Source: Promethearchaeota archaeon
GTDB lineage: Archaea > Asgardarchaeota > Lokiarchaeia > Sigyniarchaeales > SOKP01
DNA: 64,000 bases
Assembly: GCA_016839555.1 (NCBI GenBank)
Contig: JAEOUA010000004.1
Coordinates: 23,894 to 87,893, forward strand
Direction: 5' to 3'
Positions within the stretch are counted from its first letter, which is position 1. Every line of letters begins with the position of its first letter. The notes beneath the pieces are model-generated. The model had not been told where the DNA came from and did no database searches. It saw only the letters and a program-made list of their open reading frames with translations. Positions 46,602 through 57,395 of this stretch are shown one piece after another. The translations under genes were made by a program, and so were the position numbers.

Positions 46602-47702
46602 ATGAAAGAAAATCAAGAATATCAAAAAAAATTGGATAAATTAAGAAGTCAAATTAATAAAGTTGATGATGAAATCTTAAATCTTCTTAATGAACGTGCT
46701 AAAATAGTTATAGATATTGGGAAAATTAAAAAGAGTAAACATTTAGAGATATCTCAGCCAGAAAGAGAAGAGTCCATAATTAAAAGAGTAGTTGATAAAT
46801 CTGAAATATTGCCTAAAGAAAGTATTAAAGCAATATGGAAAGAAATTTTTAGCGCTTCAAAATTAATACAAGGACAAATTGATAAAATCGGTTATTTAGG
46901 ACCTAAAGGAACTTTCACCCATCAAGCTGCGTTAGAATTTTTTCCTAAAGCAGGCTCTAAATTTATTCCTTATAAGACCATTATTGAAATTTTTGAAAAT
47001 ATCCAAAAAAAGAATCTCGATTATGGAGTAATTCCTATCGAAAATAGTTTACAAGGAACTGTAAGAGAAACCGTGGATTTACTAATTGAAAAAGATTTAA
47101 TTATTTATGGGGAAATTGAACTAAGAATCATTCAAAACTTAATTTCTACAAAAAACTCTGATATTTCCAAAATTAAAAAGATTTATTCTCATCCGCAAGC
47201 ATTTGCTCAAACATCATCTTGGTTAAAAGCAAATTTACCCGCATCAGAACTAATAAATGTCAATTCCACGGCAGAAGCGGTTAAGATTGTGAAGGAAAAA
47301 AACCAAAATGATCTTGCCGCCATAGGAACTAATTTTGCAAGTGAAGTCTATGGATTAAAAGTTTTAAGTTCGCATATAGAAGACATTCCATCGAATTTTA
47401 CCAGGTTTTTAATAATTTCTAATAAAGAAAATAAGATAAAAAAAGGGAATATAAAAACTACAATTGTTTACGTCGTAAAAGATATTCCAGGAGCATTATA
47501 TAGAGTTTTGGAAATATTTGCCAAAGCAAACATAAATTTATCAAAAATAGAATCGAGGCCTCGCAGAAAAGGGAGGTGGGAATATATTTTCTATATGGAT
47601 TTTGAGGGAGATAAAGATGACCCGAAAATTCAAGATGTATTTAAAAAAGTAGAGCAAAATGTAATCTGGTATAAGATCTTAGGCTCTTATCCAAGATCAT
47701 AA
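46602..47702 (+). CDS. pheA: Bifunctional chorismate mutase / prephenate dehydratase
   Basis: LRSQINKVDDEIL.LLNERA (chorismate mutase); YLGPKGTF, PIENS, SHPQA, NFTRF, KIESRP (dehydratase plus ACT). Confidence 0.95.
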   Translation: MKENQEYQKKLDKLRSQINKVDDEILNLLNERAKIVIDIGKIKKSKHLEISQPEREESIIKRVVDKSEILPKESIKAIWKEIFSASKLIQGQIDKIGYLGPKGTFTHQAALEFFPKAGSKFIPYKTIIEIFENIQKKNLDYGVIPIENSLQGTVRETVDLLIEKDLIIYGEIELRIIQNLISTKNSDISKIKKIYSHPQAFAQTSSWLKANLPASELINVNSTAEAVKIVKEKNQNDLAAIGTNFASEVYGLKVLSSHIEDIPSNFTRFLIISNKENKIKKGNIKTTIVYVVKDIPGALYRVLEIFAKANINLSKIESRPRRKGRWEYIFYMDFEGDKDDPKIQDVFKKVEQNVIWYKILGSYPRS

Positions 47703-47785
47703 ATATTAGTGATGGAATTTAATTATTTTTTCAGTTTTTACCAAAAATATTAATTTTAAAAAGAATTATATTAGAATTTGGATTT

Positions 47786-48511
47786 TTAAGAAGAAAACAA
47801 TTTATTTGCAGTTCTTAAATCCTTTAAATTGTCTATCTCAATCCACTTCTTATCTTTAATATCATAAGCTCTCATTTTTAATTCCTGATTTTTAATTAAT
47901 GATTGAATTGCTACTTCCGTCCATAAATTCTTTTCATTTTTATCGTTAATGAATTCGCTAATTTTATTGAATAATAAATTTTTACCCACTTCTGAAAATT
48001 TATAAAAATCTATAGAGCATCCTAAGGCATCTTTTTGATTAATTTTTTTCGAAATATCAATAAGATGCTTTTTCTTTTGAATTACTTTCATAGATTCTCT
48101 ATTATATTTACCTATATCAACAGCAATCGCATCTTTAAATGGAAAATTGATAAGCCCATTAATAATTTCCTTTTCAAGAATAACGTCTCCATTCAATAAT
48201 AAAAATGATTTATTGATGTAATCTTTTGCTAAATACAGAGAAAACATATTATTTGTGGTATTGTAATGTTTATTAACTAATAATTTAATTTTAGGATTTG
48301 AGTTATAGTGGGATTGAATATAATTTTTAATTAAATTTGCTTTATAACCTATAATTATAAAGATCTCTTCAATTTGGTTGTGTTCTATGAATAAATCAAG
48401 TTGATGTTGTAAAATAGTTTTATTAGAAACCTTAATGAGGCATTTTGGTATTTTATTAGTTAATGGTTTTAATCTTATTCCTTTACCTGCTGATAAAATA
48501 ACTATTTTCAT
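47786..48511 (-). CDS. Sugar/alcohol-phosphate nucleotidyltransferase (LicC / phosphocholine cytidylyltransferase-like)
   Basis: ILSAGKGIRL.P.T..PKCL, YNTTNNMFSL, LNGDV, WIEIDN..DL. Confidence 0.85.
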   Translation of the reverse strand: MKIVILSAGKGIRLKPLTNKIPKCLIKVSNKTILQHQLDLFIEHNQIEEIFIIIGYKANLIKNYIQSHYNSNPKIKLLVNKHYNTTNNMFSLYLAKDYINKSFLLLNGDVILEKEIINGLINFPFKDAIAVDIGKYNRESMKVIQKKKHLIDISKKINQKDALGCSIDFYKFSEVGKNLLFNKISEFINDKNEKNLWTEVAIQSLIKNQELKMRAYDIKDKKWIEIDNLKDLRTANKLFSS

Positions 48512-48584
48512 AGAAATATAGGAGGTTTATAATATATGATTATTAATAATAATTTTAGATAATATAGAGATTTTATCTAATTAA

Positions 48585-49823
48585 TCATTTATTGTATTTT
48601 ATATTTAAGAAATCTAATAATCGTTCCGTTGATTTTCCGTCATGATATTTTAAAAATCGATCTCTCATCTTTTTCCTTTCTTCAAAAAAATCTTTATCAA
48701 TTTTGTTAATATCTTTCAAAAGAAGTAATAAATCTTTTCCATTATACACAATTGGACCCGGCGTTACATCTCTATAGTTATAATAGAAACCCCATTTTGC
48801 CTTATATTTTCGAAAATCATATGGAAAGAATATAATAGGCTTCATTGTTAATAAATAGTCAAAGCAAATCGAAGAATAATCTGTAACAAGGAGGTCAGAT
48901 ATTAATGCTAATTCTTGAATATCTGCTGTTTTTTCTACTATTTTTATATTCTCATAATCGCTTAAATTAACAAAATCTTGCAAAATATGAATTTTTAACA
49001 GCATGATTGAATTTGAATCTTTTAATAATTTGTTTAATTCAAATAAAATTTTTTGAGAAAAAGGAAATCCTGATTGTTTATCTTTTCTCCAAGTCGGTGC
49101 ATATAATATAATTTTATTAGTTTTTTCTGGAACATTGTATCTAGTTTTTAATTTATTGATGAACTTTCTATTATCTTTCTTATTTATTAAAATATCATTT
49201 CTCGGATATCCTAACTCTATAATTCTTTCAACAGGAAAACTAAAAGTTGACGCGAGAATCTTTTTTTCTAAATTTCTTTTTGTGGGAGTTAATAAATAAT
49301 TAACGTATTGATGGTATTTTAAATTTAATCGAAAAAAATCTGCCCATTTGCTAAATATTAAAGTATCCGACCTGTGAAGCTTCTTAATTGGAATACCATG
49401 CCATGTTAAAATAATCTTCGTTTTTGGAGAGAAATCAATAGGTAAAATATCATAAAAACCATGGGTTAAAAAGATATAGTTTGCTTTTCTTAAGGTTTTT
49501 ATAGTTTGAAGTGAAAATTGTGGTAAAACTATATATCCCTTTTTCTTTAATTCATTTAAAATTTTATCAAATTTAGTAATCCAAACAAGTTTATAATTTG
49601 ATTTCTTATACAGAAATTGGAATATGTATTTTGTATTACCAAAAAATCCACCCCCTTTTTGTCCACCCATAACTATTAATTTTTCATCTATCGCATCTTT
49701 AAAAAATTTGGAAATAATTTTTATTAGAAAAGAAAAGATGATCTCTTTTCCAAAATCATAGATTTTAAATTTTTTAATAAAGGATATCTTTTGAATAAAT
49801 TTATAAACTAATTCACTAAGCAT
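48585..49823 (-). CDS. CDP-glycerol/ribitol glycerophosphotransferase (TagF/TagB family)
   Basis: TWHGIPIKK, GYPRND, ILYAPTWR, LVTDYSS..FDY. Confidence 0.92.
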   Translation of the reverse strand: MLSELVYKFIQKISFIKKFKIYDFGKEIIFSFLIKIISKFFKDAIDEKLIVMGGQKGGGFFGNTKYIFQFLYKKSNYKLVWITKFDKILNELKKKGYIVLPQFSLQTIKTLRKANYIFLTHGFYDILPIDFSPKTKIILTWHGIPIKKLHRSDTLIFSKWADFFRLNLKYHQYVNYLLTPTKRNLEKKILASTFSFPVERIIELGYPRNDILINKKDNRKFINKLKTRYNVPEKTNKIILYAPTWRKDKQSGFPFSQKILFELNKLLKDSNSIMLLKIHILQDFVNLSDYENIKIVEKTADIQELALISDLLVTDYSSICFDYLLTMKPIIFFPYDFRKYKAKWGFYYNYRDVTPGPIVYNGKDLLLLLKDINKIDKDFFEERKKMRDRFLKYHDGKSTERLLDFLNIKYNK

Positions 49824-50222
49824 TTCTACTAATTTTATAAGAGTATTTATTTGGCTTATTTGAAGTTAGTAATTTATCAATATAAGACAAATATTTAAAA
49901 AATTTAATGAAACAATGATTTTTATAATACACTATTTTTATTAAGTATATCTAAGGGAAATATATCTAAAGCTAATCATAAATAAGAAAGATTTATATTA
50001 ATAACCATCTAATTTTTTTCTTATCCATAATTTCGTTTAAATTAAAGTTTTCCCTTAAAAAATCATTATATAGATTTATTTTTGATTTATTATTAATTAT
50101 CGTTTAGTTGATTCTATATTAAAAAAATATATTTAATATTACTAATTTCACTATTCATATTATTTTTTAATGAAGTGAAAAAATTTACTATAAAGCATTA
50201 ATTCGAAAATTGGTAAAAAATT

Positions 50223-50942
50223 ATGGAAAGAATCGATGGAAGAAAATTCGATGAGATTAGAAAAACTACTATTCAAAGAAATTATTTAAAATATCCCGAA
50301 GGTTCCGTCCTTATTAGTCAAGGAGATACAAAAGTTATCGTTTCTGCAACCGTTTTAGATTATGTGCCGCGATTTTTAGTGGATACGGGTACAGGTTGGA
50401 TAACAGCAGAATATAATATGCTACCGCGAGCTACTCAACACAGAAATAGAAGGGAACGGGATAGACTAAGGATAAGGGGGAGGACTCACGAAATTCAAAG
50501 ATTAATAGGAAGAAGTATTCGAGCGGCATTTAATTATAAAAGAATTGGTGAACGAACTATTAAAATTGATTGCGATGTTATACAAGCAGATGGTGGAACA
50601 CGATGTGTTTCGATAACTGGAGCCTTTATTGCGGTATTTGACGCTTTAAGATATATGTATGAGGAAAAAATGATTTACAATTTTCCGGATTATAAAATTA
50701 CCGCTGCCATTTCTTTAGGGATTAGAAATAACAATTTCTTACTGGATTTGAATTATGAAGAAGATTCTTCCGTTGATGTGGATTTAAATATAGTAATGAA
50801 TGAAGATTTAGAATTTATTGAAGTCCAAGGTACTGCTGAGGGGGATCCATTTAAAAAGACTCAACTGATTGAATTATTAGACCTCGGAGAGAAAGGGATT
50901 AAAAAATTAATAGACATTCAAAAGAAAATTCTTAATTTATAG
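50223..50942 (+). CDS. rph: Ribonuclease PH, bacterial type
   Basis: GWITAEYNMLPRAT..R..RE, GRTHEIQRLIGRS, DCDVIQADGGTR, LDLNYEEDS, IEVQGTAEG. Confidence 0.93.
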   Translation: MERIDGRKFDEIRKTTIQRNYLKYPEGSVLISQGDTKVIVSATVLDYVPRFLVDTGTGWITAEYNMLPRATQHRNRRERDRLRIRGRTHEIQRLIGRSIRAAFNYKRIGERTIKIDCDVIQADGGTRCVSITGAFIAVFDALRYMYEEKMIYNFPDYKITAAISLGIRNNNFLLDLNYEEDSSVDVDLNIVMNEDLEFIEVQGTAEGDPFKKTQLIELLDLGEKGIKKLIDIQKKILNL

Positions 50943-51065
50943 TTTAAATCTTATTATTTTTTTATGAGTATTAATAAATCTTATAGATTTTATCGCTCAT
51001 CCAAAATATTTTAAATTTTAAAATATATTTTAAACAAAAAATAAGTCTCAAATAATTTTATTAAT

Positions 51066-52265
51066 ATGATTAAATATTTTAAAAAATGGTTTCATTTAAT
51101 TTTACCCTCAATTTGCATTACATTATGGGTATTATTGCACCTACTCTTTTTTTATGAAGGATTCAATATTGATTTTTCAATTTATTATAATGCTGGAAAA
51201 CGTTTATTAAGAGATCCTACTGACTTATATACTAGTGGATATCTTTACACTCCATTTTTAGCAATGATATTTTCAATATCACTTTCTTTATTACATCCGA
51301 TTGTTGCTTACTTTATATGATATATTTTTAATTATATTTTAGCGATAGTTATGTTATTAGAATTCAATAAAATTTTAGCTCTTAAAGGGATAAATGAAAA
51401 ACTATATAAATTTTTCTTTTTAATGATTTTATCAAATGGATGGAGTATTTACTATCAATTTTATTTGAATCAAAATAAACTAATAATCATATATTTATTA
51501 TTACTTATTTTAAGGATGGAGGTAGAAATTAGAGAAAATATTAGAAAAAAATATTTAAAATATAGAATAACTATTTACACATATTTTATTATTATTGTCA
51601 GTTTAGCTCCGTATTTTATCTTCATTATATTTATTTATCTCTTCTATGATATCAGCCTAAAAGAATTATTTAAAAGGAAAAGTGCAAAATTATATTTTAT
51701 TATAATAAGCCTTTTTTTTAGTTTTAATATACTTTTTATTATCTTTCCAACTTTGGTAATAGATTTTGTAATATATGGACTCTCTTTGTCCGGTAATTTG
51801 GATCCATTGAATTTTTTCTTTTATTTCAGACAATTTATTCCTAATGAATGGGATTTTATATTAACAATAATATCAACACATCTGATTTCTTTAACAACAA
51901 TAATATTAATCTTAAATTATAATTTAAAATTAGAAGATAAATTTGGGTATTTTATGTTTTTTTATTTACTTTTTAGTATTTTTATGAGGACTACAATAAT
52001 TATTATAATTATTGCTTGCATATTGATACTCTATATTAATCATTTATCTATAGAAAAAAAATTTAAAACATTCATAAAAAATAATTTCTGGGTTATTTTA
52101 GGATTTATTGCGATAATTGGAATATGCTTTAATTATGATTATGAAAAATTCTTTATATTTGTCCCGCTAAAAATTATATTATATCTTAGACATGCGATTA
52201 TACTTTCTATACTTTCATTATCTCTATTCTTTCTTAAATATAAAAAGAAAAAGCAAATTCTTTAA
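51066..52265 (+). pseudogene. GT-C fold membrane glycosyltransferase (GT87/DUF2029-like) interrupted by one in-frame TGA
   Basis: ORFs 51066-51320 and 51351-52265 share a frame and are separated only by TGA 51318-51320 (AYFI*YIFNY). IDFSIYYNAG...LY...YLYTPF motif; multi-TM. Confidence 0.7.
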
Positions 52266-52277
52266 ATTTTTAATTAT

Positions 52278-53267
52278 CTAATTTAACTTTATTGAATAAT
52301 CTAAATTTTCACATACTTCTTTTAATCCATCGATTAACATCTCGATATCTTTTTTTTTATTCTTAAAAAATCCATTATAAGCGGTTTTCCAATTTTCAAA
52401 TATTCGTGCTTGTGATTCATCAATCTCATTACCATATCTTATTTTCTGGTATTTATGTGGAGTATTTTTAAATGATAAGAGATAATTATAATCATATGGG
52501 ACATTTAGAAATTCACAGATTTCTTTAAGTTGGTTTTTTGAATTCAAAATTAAATCTTCTACTTTTACACTTAAAACCCGATTAGGAAATTTCGATTTAA
52601 AATAAGAAAATAGATTAAATGATTTTTTCACAGCAATTATTGATGTTTCTAGTGTAGCATCTGATGCTAAAAATGAATTTTCAAAATCCCCTCCTTTGAA
52701 AATGGGTCGTCCTCGTACAATCTTTGCCATTGCATTAGCTACAGGATGTTTAAAACACCAAATAATTTTTAAATCCTTATAAAATTGCAATTTTTTTTCA
52801 AGCATTTTTTTAATAAAACCAATTTTTTCTGTAGCAATCTTGCTACCATATTTAGGTTTTAAAATTATCCTCCAAGGAAAAAGAGTATCTTCATGTTTAA
52901 TTTGGAAATCAAAGACTCCTGTAGAGTAGCAAATCTGAGCTACCCATGTGGTGCAACTTCTCCCTGCACCAGTTACTAATATCTTTATATGTTTCTGATT
53001 TGTTAAATGATTTATATTAAAAGTAAATTCAATTTTATTTTTGATATGATTTATTATCGTTTTTATAATTGAGTATATATTCAAATTTTTAGAATTAATC
53101 TTATTTAATAAAATTCTAGGAGTGTTAAACAAGCCTGCTATAAAAAAATCTAATCTGTTTTGACCCCATTTATTTTTGAAAAATTTATAGATATATTTTG
53201 ATTTTTTTTTCAATTTAGTAAATTTTGTAAAAAAAAGGGATAAATTCAAATTTAATTCCTCTCTCAA
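52278..53267 (-). CDS. Sulfotransferase family protein
   Basis: PAPS-binding-loop-like LVTGAGRSCTTWV; VKVEDLI...LKEICEFLNVPYD tail typical of sulfotransferases. Confidence 0.72.
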   Translation of the reverse strand: MREELNLNLSLFFTKFTKLKKKSKYIYKFFKNKWGQNRLDFFIAGLFNTPRILLNKINSKNLNIYSIIKTIINHIKNKIEFTFNINHLTNQKHIKILVTGAGRSCTTWVAQICYSTGVFDFQIKHEDTLFPWRIILKPKYGSKIATEKIGFIKKMLEKKLQFYKDLKIIWCFKHPVANAMAKIVRGRPIFKGGDFENSFLASDATLETSIIAVKKSFNLFSYFKSKFPNRVLSVKVEDLILNSKNQLKEICEFLNVPYDYNYLLSFKNTPHKYQKIRYGNEIDESQARIFENWKTAYNGFFKNKKKDIEMLIDGLKEVCENLDYSIKLN

Positions 53268-53450
53268 ATAAACATTTTTTAAAAAAAATATGATTGAGAT
53301 TCTATTTTTATAAATAATTTTTATATATATAAAAATTAATTGTTTCTTTTAATTATATTTCACGTGGCATACATAACGTATGTTTCCCAAAATTTATTGT
53401 ACTATAGATTAATTCAGAGTTATAATAAATATACCTCTAAATACTCTTAA

Positions 53451-54149
53451 TTATGAATTAGAATTAAGGAATAATACATTAGAAGTTTGTTTCAATTTAC
53501 AAATATCTAATTTATATTCCTTGTTTAGGCTAAATGCTCTGTATCCATGTTGAATCATAAAGTCTTGAAAGTCTTTCAAACTCGAATTCATTATTGGATA
53601 GCTCCCCGCAGCAATTTCTACAATTATTGGGGGAAGTTTTTCTATTTTATTTAAAAATTTAGTCATTCCTTTTAACACGGGATATTCAAATCCTTCTACA
53701 TCAATTTTTATTAGACCAATATTTTCTTGATCTAAATTATTTATAAAGATATAATCATCTAATCTCTTTATTTTGACTATTATTTTTTCTTTAATTTTTT
53801 CTGGATTATTTAAAAATTTCGGAACAATAGTATTCCAACCAATATTATAATTGCTACATTTAATTTCAGTTGTACGAGGTTTTTCACCCAAAGCAAAATT
53901 ATTAGGAAAAATCTGATATTCCTGATTAAGTAATTTAAATTCCAAAAGTTTTATAAAATAAGAGGGGACAGGTTCAAAACAATGAACTTCCCCTTTTTTT
54001 CCCACCAAACCAGCCCCAACTAATGACATTGTGCCAATATTAGCGCCTATATCAATAAAAATTTCTGCTTTTTTTAAATTATTTAATATTACTCCTATAA
54101 CATTTTTCTGATTTAATCCAAGATATTTTCTTCGCATTGATGGATCCAT
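53451..54149 (-). CDS. FkbM-family methyltransferase (probably the 3' part of a frameshifted gene starting at 54394)
   Basis: FIDIGANIG, CFEPVP, LDDY, IKIDVEGFE..VLKG. Confidence 0.9.
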   Translation of the reverse strand: MDPSMRRKYLGLNQKNVIGVILNNLKKAEIFIDIGANIGTMSLVGAGLVGKKGEVHCFEPVPSYFIKLLEFKLLNQEYQIFPNNFALGEKPRTTEIKCSNYNIGWNTIVPKFLNNPEKIKEKIIVKIKRLDDYIFINNLDQENIGLIKIDVEGFEYPVLKGMTKFLNKIEKLPPIIVEIAAGSYPIMNSSLKDFQDFMIQHGYRAFSLNKEYKLDICKLKQTSNVLFLNSNS

Positions 54150-54151
54150 TT

Positions 54152-54394
54152 TTAAGTTGTAATTGAAATAAACCCCATATATTTTCTAATTAAATTAGAT
54201 GGATCAAATCCTAAAAAAAAATTATACATGATATATATTATTATATTAAAAATCTCTTTAATATAATAAAAAGGATATTTAATAATTAATAAGGTAAATT
54301 CCCTTAGAATATTGAGGATTCGGGGAATAAAATTTGCTTTCCTAATCAATTTTATTATAATGCTTAGATCTTTAACCTTCTGCATTAATTTCAT
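54152..54394 (-). other. Probable 5' segment of the FkbM gene, separated by a 1-nt frameshift
   Basis: Adding one A to the A4 run at 54182-54185 fuses this ORF to the FkbM frame (...PSNLIRK-IYGVYFNYNLKMDPSMRRKY...). Confidence 0.55.
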
Positions 54395-54870
54395 AATTTT
54401 ATTTATATAAATAGAGCTTTTAAGATAAGTTAATCTATATTAATGATAAATTCTTCCAGTTCTAAAATTAAAATGAAATTAAAATTTAATAATTCATCTT
54501 TTTTTAAAACCTTCCTTAAAAAGTTTCCATAATCCATCTCTTTATTAGAAATAAAAAAAAAAAATTTTTAATTTACAAATGTTTTTAAAGATTTCAAATT
54601 TGTTAAAATTCAGATTCTGTTGTATAAAAAAAAATACATTTAAACCTAGCAACTATTAAAATTATTGGATTGAAATTAAAAAGGTATTAAGATATTATAA
54701 TAATTTAAAATTAAGGTCTTAATATATAAAATATTAATTCATTAATATTAAATAAAAATTGATATAATTCCGATAAAATTTATATTTTGAAAAAGCATAT
54801 TAGATACATTTTAATAATTAATTTTAATTAACAAAAGATTATAAACTAAAACTTTAATAAGAAATCCCAT

Positions 54871-56031
54871 ATGAATATCTTAATATTTTCTCCCCTTTCA
54901 TTAGAGTATGGAAGAGGAGGCGAGATATCTTCGATAGAATTAGCATCTGGATTAAATAAATTTTATAATATAATACTTATTGACACCAATATTTTACCGG
55001 GAGAAAAATCATTACAAAGGAATAAAATATTAAAAAAATTAAGCTCCCTTGATAAAATTGATAATATTAAATTTGCAACTTTTAAATTTTTGGGAAAATT
55101 ATTTAGTTTTCCATATCCTTGGGAAGTAATTAAATTATATAAGAGGATTAGGGATTCTCAAATTGTTTATTTATCAATTTCTGCTATAAAAACTAATCTA
55201 ATTTTTTTATTATCCAAGTTATTATTTAGAAATACTAAGTTTATAATTGGGTATAGAAAACCGTTTACAATAAATAAATTCTCACTTGTTCATTTTAAAT
55301 ACAGAATTAATATTTTCCTATTTGCATTATTCAAAAATAGGATTTTCCATCATACAATATCATGGCATGCTAAAAATTTCTTAGAAAATTTTTATAATCC
55401 AGAAAAAATAATTCATATTACTCATGGTATAGATTTACAACAATTTCTAAAACCAAAAATTACTAAAAATGGTAATACGCTCAAATTTATATATATTGGT
55501 CATTTAGATAAAGTCCATAAAGGGGTAGATGTTCTCTTAGATGCTATTGACCTCCTATTTAAAGATAAATTAAACTTAGAAATAGAATTTGAGTTTTGTG
55601 GAAAAGGACCTTTGGAAAAAAGATTAAAAAAGCTAATAATAAAATATCCAAATAAAATTCAATATAATGAATATATTGAACATAATCTTATTCATAAATA
55701 TTACTCTAAAAATGATGTTTTTTTGTTCACCTCAAGAAGAGAGCCATTTGGAAGGGTTATTATTGAAGCATTAGCGGCAGGTCTAATAGTCATTTGCACA
55801 AAAACCATTGGTTCTTTTGAGATATTAAAAGGAAAAGATTTTGCTTTTTTTATCAATAAATTAACGAGCCAAAATATTAAAAAAGAAATTTTGAAGGTTT
55901 ATAATCTATGGAAAGAAAATCCTGAAAAAATAAAAACCTTACAAGATTCGGCAAAAAAATTTGCTTATAATAATTATTCTATTGAAAATGAAATAAAACA
56001 CTTTAAGGAATTTATAAATAAAATTATTTAA
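54871..56031 (+). CDS. Glycosyltransferase family 4 (GT-B)
   Basis: GRGGE, THGID, KGVD.LL, SRREPFGRVIIEALAAG (E-x7-E). Confidence 0.92.
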   Translation: MNILIFSPLSLEYGRGGEISSIELASGLNKFYNIILIDTNILPGEKSLQRNKILKKLSSLDKIDNIKFATFKFLGKLFSFPYPWEVIKLYKRIRDSQIVYLSISAIKTNLIFLLSKLLFRNTKFIIGYRKPFTINKFSLVHFKYRINIFLFALFKNRIFHHTISWHAKNFLENFYNPEKIIHITHGIDLQQFLKPKITKNGNTLKFIYIGHLDKVHKGVDVLLDAIDLLFKDKLNLEIEFEFCGKGPLEKRLKKLIIKYPNKIQYNEYIEHNLIHKYYSKNDVFLFTSRREPFGRVIIEALAAGLIVICTKTIGSFEILKGKDFAFFINKLTSQNIKKEILKVYNLWKENPEKIKTLQDSAKKFAYNNYSIENEIKHFKEFINKII

Positions 56032-56189
56032 TAATTTAAAAATTTTTTTCACATTAATTTTATATAAAAATTCATAATAGTAATTATTAAGTTAAGAGAT
56101 TTAAAGAATAATTAAAATTAGTTAGCACAATTAATAATTTGGAAGAAAAGAAATTAATCATTTTTAAAATAAAATATCTATACTTTAAA

Positions 56190-57395
56190 TCATATAAGAT
56201 TTTTCCGCTTTTTATATCGTTTCCTATAAAACAAAACTTCAAAAAACACAATAATTATCATTAACTCATCAATAATGATGTAAAAAAACATTTTAAGAAA
56301 AAATGTTAACCCAAATTTGAAATTTGTAAATTTATCTAAGCTTAAACGATAAAATATAATTTTCCTAATTTTTTTTAAATAGATACTAAAAAAGATTAAA
56401 AATCCAAAGAAGGGATAGTAAATATTAATTACAATTAAAAAAGGAGATATAATAAAATAAATAGAAATTATTAGATTAATTAAAAATCTAATAATAAGAA
56501 AATATTTTTTTTGGTTTATTTTTGTAAAAAGATAATTTTCGAGCCATCGTAGATTTTGGTTAATATAGTCTTTAATTGTAGTAGGATAAGTAAGAGAAGG
56601 TACTTTTGTATCTATTATGGCATAGATTTTATATCCACTATCAATTAAAACAGATCCTATTGCTGCTCCATCATCTAAACTTTTTCCTTCTGGAAATTTT
56701 TTTACTTTCTTAATCGCTTCATATTTAATAGCAGTATTAGCACTCACTTTTTCAAAATATTTATTATATTTCCTTCTAAATTTTGCATTTCGATTAACAT
56801 CAATATATTTGACTAGATCAATATTTTCAATGGATTTATGGGGTTTAACTGTTGATGTCGTAATGAATTCATTTTTATTTATTAAATGATAAATCATTTG
56901 AAAAAAATTTAATTTAGTGAGAAAGATATCGGCATCAATCAAATACACAATTCCCTCTTTTATATATTTCACACAATCATTAATAGCTTTTACTTTTCCC
57001 TCTCCTATTCTCTGATAGAGTATCCGAAAATTTTGTTTGTTTTTGTATAAATTGGCTATTTTAATTGTTTCTTCATTTCCACCAGCATTAATAATTATTT
57101 TAATATTTGGATATTTTAATTCCAAAATTGATTTAATGCATTTTTCTAAATATTGTTCTTCCTTCCAAGCAGGTATAATAAAATTAATTAATGGTAATGA
57201 ATCAAGATCTTCAAGTTTATATGTAGTTTTATGGTTAAACTTAGCAAGATGTTTAATATGATTAATATCTCTAATTAAAAAGACAATTATATGATATAAT
57301 ATTATAAAAACGGTTATTATTACTATAAATTCAATAGAAAATATAATGTCTTTTATAGTCTTTATTATATTTGAATATTTAGCGATTTCTAGCAT
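56190..57395 (-). CDS. Glycosyltransferase family 2, membrane-bound processive type
   Basis: IIPAWKEE, GKVKAIN, IDAD (DxD), QNLRW (QxxRW); N- and C-terminal TM helices. Confidence 0.88.
   Translation of the reverse strand: MLEIAKYSNIIKTIKDIIFSIEFIVIITVFIILYHIIVFLIRDINHIKHLAKFNHKTTYKLEDLDSLPLINFIIPAWKEEQYLEKCIKSILELKYPNIKIIINAGGNEETIKIANLYKNKQNFRILYQRIGEGKVKAINDCVKYIKEGIVYLIDADIFLTKLNFFQMIYHLINKNEFITTSTVKPHKSIENIDLVKYIDVNRNAKFRRKYNKYFEKVSANTAIKYEAIKKVKKFPEGKSLDDGAAIGSVLIDSGYKIYAIIDTKVPSLTYPTTIKDYINQNLRWLENYLFTKINQKKYFLIIRFLINLIISIYFIISPFLIVINIYYPFFGFLIFFSIYLKKIRKIIFYRLSLDKFTNFKFGLTFFLKMFFYIIIDELMIIIVFFEVLFYRKRYKKRKNLI

Noticed and set aside
51318-51320. TGA as selenocysteine
   Set aside because: It lies in a TM helix where Trp is expected, with no redox motif and no SECIS-like hairpin visible downstream.
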